Assembly (NCBI GenBank): GCA_963699255.1
Contig: OY969425.1
Location: forward strand, 1,050,001 to 1,082,000
DNA length: 32,000 nucleotides
Direction of reading: 5' to 3'
DNA from: an uncultured bacterium
GTDB taxonomy: Bacteria > Margulisbacteria > WOR-1 > CAVSGV01
Positions 25,621 to 32,000 of the stretch are shown one piece after another. A program made the position numbers and the translations under genes. Positions within the stretch are counted from its first letter, which is position 1. Each line of letters opens with the position of its first letter. The notes below the pieces were generated by a model. It saw only the letters and a list, made by a program, of their open reading frames with translations, was not told the DNA's origin and made no database searches.

Positions 25621-28600
25621 GAATAAAATACTATTTGTTATTTTATATATCTTATTTTCATGTATGGGAGCATACGCCGTAAGCCCATATAGAGATCAGA
25701 ATTTAAATGAGTTACCTGTCAAAAAAACAGAAAACTTCGGGATGTATAGAAAATATTCTAATGGCTTTCAAGAATTTCATACGGGGATTGATATAAAAAG
25801 AGGATTTGGGGCTAAGATATTTCCGGTTGCGAATGGAAACGTTGTTTTTGCGGGTTGGGGGACGGGATCTTTGAATGGGTACGGACAAATTGTAATTATT
25901 GATCACGGAGGCTGGCAAACCCAATATTCTCATCTTTCAAAAGTTTATGTGTCTGCAGGTGATCCCGTCGATACCTCTACCATTATCGGTGAAGAGGGAA
26001 TGAGTGGTCCCAATGGAAATCTTCATTACTACCCTTCTCACCTTCATTTGATTTACAGCACTGGGACCATAACAAACGATGACAATAGAATAAATATCGC
26101 AGGCTTAAGAAATCCTATATTTAAGGGATTGGATAATTTCCTCTATGATGCGCAAAAGCAAACTGTAATAAGGGACGCATTCTTTGTAAGACCGGGATTT
26201 GTTGATGGCGAATATAATTTTGGGACTTCAAAGGACAAAAAAGTTAGTATAAACGATAAAGAGATCTATAATATTGACTGGAATTATGGGATGCCAATAC
26301 GGATCATCGTTGAGGCATATGAAAAGATTTTCAATAACAGCACAAATCCTTATAGGATTCAATTCAAGATATTTGATAAATACGGATCCGTTTTTGATGA
26401 ATCTATCTCATTTGCTGACCTAAACATAGATGGGACTTACGATTACAATAACGTGTACAGCTTAACAAGTCCAGCGATAACAAGAACCACTTTAAATGGA
26501 TATTCGAGAGATGATAGGCTGTATTTATTTAAAAAATGGTATCCATCAAATACGGGAGATTATACCGTAACAATAAACGCTTATGATGCCAGCCCATTTA
26601 ATCCAGATGGAATATTAAAAGACACTAAAACATTAAAAGTTAGATTGAATTACCTTGTTGGGCTAGTTTTGCCTCCCGACATAGGGCTTGCGACTGTTGG
26701 AGCTTCCCCATTGAAAATTGACATACTAAATATTAGCGAGAAAACATTTAACCCAGATACATATATAGAAGGTTATCCCCATGAAACGATAGTGGAATAT
26801 GCGGCAAACAGTGAGGTCGCCTGGAAAGTAAAGATTGTAGATGGTTTTAATAATACTGTAAGAAGTTTTGTTGATTCCAATGGTACAAACGGCCAAATAA
26901 TGTGGGATGGAAAAGGAGACAACGGCAATTCTTTATCCTCAGGAATATTTAAAGTGAATATAACTGGCATTGACGATCAAAATAATATAAGCACGTGTGA
27001 AAGCGAAATATGTCTTGACAAGGAAAATCCAGTATTTTGGTCAATCCCGAGTGTATCAAACACTTATATTACAAGCTCTACCGAATCGATCAAAGGATCT
27101 CTTTCAGTTAACAAAGATTGCTCTATCGTTGTCCATGCTATGGATAAATATGGATCACAAAGACTGCTTGGATATCCCTTAGCGGAAAATGCATACCAAA
27201 AAGCTGGTGAAAGATTTGAGTTCAACTGGGATGGTATAGGGTCACTCCCAAATGGGGATTATTCAATAATGGTTATTGCTACAGATATTGCGGGGAACTC
27301 TACAGATTATAGAATTCCCATCACTATTAACGTTGCAAATAATCTTCAACCACCATTACTCCCGGTTACTACTCAAGAGAGTGAGGAAAAACCCGGGCTC
27401 TCTGATTTACCGCCCATGGAAACAAGACCAATAATTTCTGCCCTTGACTTAGATGATCAGGGAAATATGTATGTACTTTATGGCAGGGATAATAAGGTAA
27501 AAATATTTGACAATCAAGGTAAAGAAATAAAGGAAATTAAGTCCTTTAATAACAATGATTCCTTTAGATTGCCGTTGGGCATATCTGTTGCACCCAATGG
27601 ATCGGCTTTTTGTGTTGCAGATACATATAACAATAGAATATTGGTATTTGATAAAAACGCCAATTTGGTGGCTGAAAGAAACATAGCTTTTAAGGGATAT
27701 TTAGACATTTTAAAACGCACATCTCATGTCGGGGGCCTTTGGCATGAAGATGAAGAAGAACGTCGAAATATCAATGGGGCAACTCGATATTTTAATATGC
27801 CAACGGATTTAAAATATATCCCTAAAAGCGAAGAGTTCTTAGTGTTAGATGCGAAACATAATAGAGTGCTTAAATTTGATAAATCGGGGAATCCAGCAGT
27901 TATGTATAAACATGATTTTACCGATCAAGATAAATTAGATGAAGAAAAACTAATGCAGATGTCTAGGCAAATACCGTCAGCCGAAGAAAACCTTGGCTTA
28001 AATTTATGGGCAAATTTCGTCAATATTTGTGCGTCGGCATTTTATGGATTTTTTGGTAACACAGAAGTCATTAGCGCAGATTATTATTCAAATGAATTGT
28101 ACGAAAGTTACAGTTTTATTCATGGTTTTAACCCCAATAGTTCCGTTTCTGCTCCTGGAGACATTTATTCATCTGGCAGTCCTCCTGGTTTGTTTTTAGA
28201 TTCAAAAGCTTTTTCCATTGCTCACGATCATTCTTTTGCTATCGCTGATACGGTAAATAATAGGGTCCAATGCATGGATTCTGGCGGAAAAATCACTGAC
28301 GTTTTTTTGACTGCTGGTGCTGGCGAAACCGGAATACTTAGCCCAGAAGGAATAGCCAAAGATGATGATGGATATATATATGTTGCTGATACGGGAAACA
28401 ACCGCATCCAACGCTTTACCAAAGAACACACCTTCCTTTGCACTTATGGAGATTCAAATCTTTCGCCATCTCCACAGAAACTTATCGTAAAAATGGTTAA
28501 TGGAAAAAAATGGTTGCTCTATGCGTCCGGAGGTCTGGAGAAAATTCAAACCTGCGAAACTGATGTCCCTCCCTCAGACTTTTACCTGCAAATACCGACA

Positions 28601-31600
28601 GATCGTCTTTATTATATTAACAATAACGGTCTACCCATTTCCTGGTCATGCAAACACGAAAAAGACTTCATTAAAATAAATAAATATCAGATCATGGGTA
28701 AGCGGTCAGATAGAGATTATTGGGAAATCGTGATGGATGACATCTCTCCGGAAAGTCGATCAGTTAACTTTCATTTCCCAAGCGAGGGCAATTGGACGAT
28801 AAATGTTAGAACTAACAATGGAATATCATTTAGAGATAGTAACGGAGCAACTAATATGGGTGATTTGCCAATTGCCACAAGGGAAATCCACGCTGTCTGC
28901 GACTTTACCCCACCCAGCATTTACGATTTTTTCATGAGCAACAATTATTTCTCGCCAACTGCTGTTGGAACACTTGATGCAACATTTAGCGTAACTGATG
29001 CCGGCTCGATCGAGCTTCAAGGTATCAATGCGAACATTTTCGATAACAAATCTAATTTAATTACTTCACTTCTCAATTTGAGAGAACCCGAATGCGGTAA
29101 ATATAATATTTCATGGAATGGCAAGGACGATAATGGCGCAAGAGTTCCGGATGGGCACTACTTGTTGTACGTCAATGCGACCGATAAGGCGGGCAACTAC
29201 CGCGAAACCTCAAAGGAGGTCATTGTTGATACGGTCAAACCAAAGATATCAAATATCAGTCTTTCAACAAACCTGATCACTCCGAATGACGGCGGAATAG
29301 ACGATCAAACACAAATTTCATTTACCCTCTCCAAAGCAGCAGCTGTTTCACTGGAGTTCATAGACATGAATGACAAACTTGTCAGGAAGATCGATATTGT
29401 CGCCTCACAGGATGCCGTAAATCAAGTGGGCTGGGACGGCAAAAGCGACGAAGGCGAGGTGACCGACGGGACATATAAACTGGTTTTCAGTGTAATCGAC
29501 CTCGCGGGAAATGAAACTGTTTATGACTATGATCAGAATATCCAGATAGATACATCTGCATATTTGCTTAATGTTATGGCAAGTCCGGAAGTTATGTCAC
29601 TCGTGATCCCAAATCCGAAGCCAATAACCCTATATTATTCCGTCCCCAATACCTGCACAGTTGAAGCGTTCATCACATATATGGGCAACAATATCTATTC
29701 TCTTGTTCCTTCCGAAGATATTGGAAGAGGAACATATAAAGCTGAATGGAATGGCAAAGACAACAACGGTAATAACGTAAAGGAAGGAAGTTATAATTAT
29801 ATATTCTCAGCTATCACTCCAAAAACGAACTTCACAAAGAAAGGAATCGTCCGGATAGATAATTCAAAGCCCTATGCATCGCAGATATCGACCTCCCCTT
29901 CCGAAGAAAGCATCCAGGAACTGGATCAAATGACTGATGACATTGTTTTTTCATATTATTTAACCGAAAAATGCTTTGTGACAATTGATATTCTCGATTC
30001 CTATGGCACAGTCGTATCAAATGTCATATCAAGCCAGCTGCAGGAAGCTAAGGGCAATTCCGTTAGTTTCAGCAAAGATAAATTGATGGGCGGAGGCGTG
30101 TTTGAGCCGGGTGAATACTCCATAAGATTGAAAATGGTCGATGAGGCGGGGAACGAAGAAACGCTCAATAAGGCGAACTTCACTATCATTTCAGGATTGA
30201 GCATTTCAAATGCTGTCGCATCGCCGTTAATATTCACCCCGAACGGAGATAATCACGATGACTATGTCACTTTCAAATATAAAGTATCCGGCGGCGTTGG
30301 AGATGTCACGGCAAAAGTAAAGATAAAGTCTTTAGCTGGAGCCACAGTTAAGACCTTCACCTCTCAGCTTGCGTCTTCGGGCTATGATCAAGAGATTTGG
30401 GATGGAAAGGATGAACATAATAACCTTTGTCCCGATGGGCAATACCAGTATGAAATATCCGCAGCCGACAGCGCAGGCAACCAAGCATCTGCAATAACAG
30501 GGAGCCTTACTCTCATAAGTAAACCAACCATAGTCGTTTATGCGGATCCGAAGACTCTTTCTTCCAGCGGGAATGACATGACTATCTACTATAACATCAA
30601 TTATCAGGGGCAGCTTATTACGGGTAATTCGCAGGTAACCGCGACCATATATGATCAATCTAATACAATAGTTTATTATTTTTCCGACACAAAAGGGGAA
30701 GGAAATTATTCTAATAAGTGGGCCGGGCAAAACAATCAAACCGGAGGGATCGTTCCTAACGGAACTTACAGGCTGGAGGTCAAGTCATCAGATCCTACGG
30801 GGACCATTTATTATTATGCGACAGATCTCGTTGTTGGCGCGCCGTTGCAGATAACGGGAGAAAGCGCCTCTCCGGCTATATTCACGCCGAACGGCGACAA
30901 CCATGATGATAATACGACCATAGGATATGTCGTGAGCGGCGGGTTTGGAAGTGTTGTGTCAACGGTTGAAATAAAGACTCTATCCGGAACAACAGTAAAA
31001 ACGTTTACAGATTCGGATGTTGGAACTCCCGTTACATGTTCTTTTACATGGGATGGTAAGAACGGATCAAACAACCTGTGTCCGGATGGAAAATATCAAT
31101 ATGAGATAACCGCGGCTGATTCCACAGGGGACTTATCCGCTCAAATTACGGGAGAAATTGTTCTTGCCGCGAATCCGACGATAACTATGTCCGCAACGCC
31201 AACAACAATATCCCCGAATAGCAATGCTTCCACAATTCACTGCACGATCAATTACGGGGGATTATTTTCCGGCAATTCGCAATTAACGATTGAGGTATTC
31301 AATGGATCCGGAATCAAAGTTTACTCACTTACCGGTTCAAAAGGAGAAGGCAGCTATTCATATCTCTGGGGAGGAGAGAATAATCAGACAAGCGGCTATG
31401 TCCCGGACGGAACATACACATTGGAAGTACAGGCAACGGATCCTACGGGGACAATTTATTCATATACTGCCGATCTTGTTGTCAGCGCGGGATTACAGGT
31501 AACAGGAGAGAGTGCTGTGCCGATAATATTTTCGCCAAACGGGGATAATCATTATGACACAACGACCATTTCATATTTTGTTTCCGGCGGTGTCGGAAAT

Positions 31601-32000
31601 GGTGTATCAACGGTAGAGATAAAGTCATTAGCGGGCACTACAGTGAAAGTCTTTTCTAGTCCCTATTCCCCAGGCTCTAATCCCTCCTTTACTTGGGACG
31701 GCAAAGATATATCAGGCAGTTTATGTCCCGACGGCGAGTATACTTATGTGATAACAGCATCCGATTCCGCGGGCAATTCATCTCCAATAGTTTCAGGCGG
31801 CATTGTTCTTGCCGCAAACGCAGCAATATCCATGTATGCGGATCCAAAAACATTGTCTCCAAATGGCGATGGGATAACTAATGCTTCAACAATGTACTGT
31901 GTGATCAGCTACGGAGGCTTGATCTCTGGTGATTCGCAAATAGCGATGGATATTTTCGATCATTCCGGCATTAAAGTTTACTCGCTTACCGATACAAAGG
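25610..32000 (+). CDS. Giant secreted protein: M23 peptidase domain, beta-propeller-like repeats and FlgD-like/Ig-type tandem modules (3' end beyond window)
   Basis: Manual translation of ATG 25610 gives MACKNKILFVILYILFSCMGAYAVSP...GFQEFHTGIDIKRGFGAKIFPVANGNVVFAGWGTG...YGQIVIIDHGGWQTQYSHLSKVYVSAGD...PSHLHLIY (M23 Hx3D and HxH). Later: VADTYNNRILVFD and VADTGNNRIQRF (NHL-like), then repeated FTPNGDNHDD...WDGKD..LCPDG.Y.YEI.AADS.GN. No in-frame stop found to 32000 (frame checked at many line boundaries). Confidence 0.85.
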   Translation, partial: MACKNKILFVILYILFSCMGAYAVSPYRDQNLNELPVKKTENFGMYRKYSNGFQEFHTGIDIKRGFGAKIFPVANGNVVFAGWGTGSLNGYGQIVIIDHGGWQTQYSHLSKVYVSAGDPVDTSTIIGEEGMSGPNGNLHYYPSHLHLIYSTGTITNDDNRINIAGLRNPIFKGLDNFLYDAQKQTVIRDAFFVRPGFVDGEYNFGTSKDKKVSINDKEIYNIDWNYGMPIRIIVEAYEKIFNNSTNPYRIQFKIFDKYGSVFDESISFADLNIDGTYDYNNVYSLTSPAITRTTLNGYSRDDRLYLFKKWYPSNTGDYTVTINAYDASPFNPDGILKDTKTLKVRLNYLVGLVLPPDIGLATVGASPLKIDILNISEKTFNPDTYIEGYPHETIVEYAANSEVAWKVKIVDGFNNTVRSFVDSNGTNGQIMWDGKGDNGNSLSSGIFKVNITGIDDQNNISTCESEICLDKENPVFWSIPSVSNTYITSSTESIKGSLSVNKDCSIVVHAMDKYGSQRLLGYPLAENAYQKAGERFEFNWDGIGSLPNGDYSIMVIATDIAGNSTDYRIPITINVANNLQPPLLPVTTQESEEKPGLSDLPPMETRPIISALDLDDQGNMYVLYGRDNKVKIFDNQGKEIKEIKSFNNNDSFRLPLGISVAPNGSAFCVADTYNNRILVFDKNANLVAERNIAFKGYLDILKRTSHVGGLWHEDEEERRNINGATRYFNMPTDLKYIPKSEEFLVLDAKHNRVLKFDKSGNPAVMYKHDFTDQDKLDEEKLMQMSRQIPSAEENLGLNLWANFVNICASAFYGFFGNTEVISADYYSNELYESYSFIHGFNPNSSVSAPGDIYSSGSPPGLFLDSKAFSIAHDHSFAIADTVNNRVQCMDSGGKITDVFLTAGAGETGILSPEGIAKDDDGYIYVADTGNNRIQRFTKEHTFLCTYGDSNLSPSPQKLIVKMVNGKKWLLYASGGLEKIQTCETDVPPSDFYLQIPTDRLYYINNNGLPISWSCKHEKDFIKINKYQIMGKRSDRDYWEIVMDDISPESRSVNFHFPSEGNWTINVRTNNGISFRDSNGATNMGDLPIATREIHAVCDFTPPSIYDFFMSNNYFSPTAVGTLDATFSVTDAGSIELQGINANIFDNKSNLITSLLNLREPECGKYNISWNGKDDNGARVPDGHYLLYVNATDKAGNYRETSKEVIVDTVKPKISNISLSTNLITPNDGGIDDQTQISFTLSKAAAVSLEFIDMNDKLVRKIDIVASQDAVNQVGWDGKSDEGEVTDGTYKLVFSVIDLAGNETVYDYDQNIQIDTSAYLLNVMASPEVMSLVIPNPKPITLYYSVPNTCTVEAFITYMGNNIYSLVPSEDIGRGTYKAEWNGKDNNGNNVKEGSYNYIFSAITPKTNFTKKGIVRIDNSKPYASQISTSPSEESIQELDQMTDDIVFSYYLTEKCFVTIDILDSYGTVVSNVISSQLQEAKGNSVSFSKDKLMGGGVFEPGEYSIRLKMVDEAGNEETLNKANFTIISGLSISNAVASPLIFTPNGDNHDDYVTFKYKVSGGVGDVTAKVKIKSLAGATVKTFTSQLASSGYDQEIWDGKDEHNNLCPDGQYQYEISAADSAGNQASAITGSLTLISKPTIVVYADPKTLSSSGNDMTIYYNINYQGQLITGNSQVTATIYDQSNTIVYYFSDTKGEGNYSNKWAGQNNQTGGIVPNGTYRLEVKSSDPTGTIYYYATDLVVGAPLQITGESASPAIFTPNGDNHDDNTTIGYVVSGGFGSVVSTVEIKTLSGTTVKTFTDSDVGTPVTCSFTWDGKNGSNNLCPDGKYQYEITAADSTGDLSAQITGEIVLAANPTITMSATPTTISPNSNASTIHCTINYGGLFSGNSQLTIEVFNGSGIKVYSLTGSKGEGSYSYLWGGENNQTSGYVPDGTYTLEVQATDPTGTIYSYTADLVVSAGLQVTGESAVPIIFSPNGDNHYDTTTISYFVSGGVGNGVSTVEIKSLAGTTVKVFSSPYSPGSNPSFTWDGKDISGSLCPDGEYTYVITASDSAGNSSPIVSGGIVLAANAAISMYADPKTLSPNGDGITNASTMYCVISYGGLISGDSQIAMDIFDHSGIKVYSLTDTK
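30233..32000 (+). repeat. Intragenic tandem repeat with exact 648-nt (216-aa) period, at least 2.7 copies
   Basis: Equivalent codons of the F(T/S)PNGDNH motif occur at 30233, 30881 and 31529. Each unit contains an FTPNGD/WDGK/CPDG half and a SGNSQ/YSLTG-KGEGSYS/VPDGTY half. Confidence 0.85.

Noticed and set aside
26773-31881. ORF-track ORFs of 60-135 aa on both strands in the last 6 kb
   Set aside because: All are shadow ORFs of the long frame starting at 25610, which encodes a coherent repeated protein.

Overview
The window starts in a conserved housekeeping locus: a dGTPase-like 3' end, dnaG, rpoD and a convergent methyltransferase. A non-coding tract of about 1.4 kb follows, carrying dispersed repeats and clustered 21-22 bp motifs that resemble transposon ends or iterons. 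Accessory region A (about 5.5-10.4 kb) encodes a degenerate tyrosine-recombinase core fused to a P-loop ATPase with C-terminal TM helices, a DUF2971-like protein, a YdjM/DUF457-like membrane protein and a Wza-like export protein. Accessory region B (about 10.5-16.9 kb) looks like a defence cluster: a tightly overlapping HigB / XRE / ImmA-IrrE / Beta-family operon, then on the opposite strand an sce7726-like PD-(D/E)XK protein split by a frame change, and a single-chain Type IIG-like restriction-modification enzyme. From 18.4 to 23.8 kb there is an outer-membrane protein, an alpha/beta hydrolase with a Cys nucleophile elbow, and a PhcB-like SAM methyltransferase, multi-TM histidine kinase and receiver module. 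This is a plausible but unproven small-molecule signalling locus. The last 6.4 kb is one ORF open to the window edge, absent from the supplied ORF track. It encodes a secreted giant protein with an M23 peptidase domain, beta-propeller-like repeats and FlgD-like/Ig modules, including a tandem repeat of exactly 648 nt (216 aa). Product names come from motif and pattern recognition only; no database search was run.
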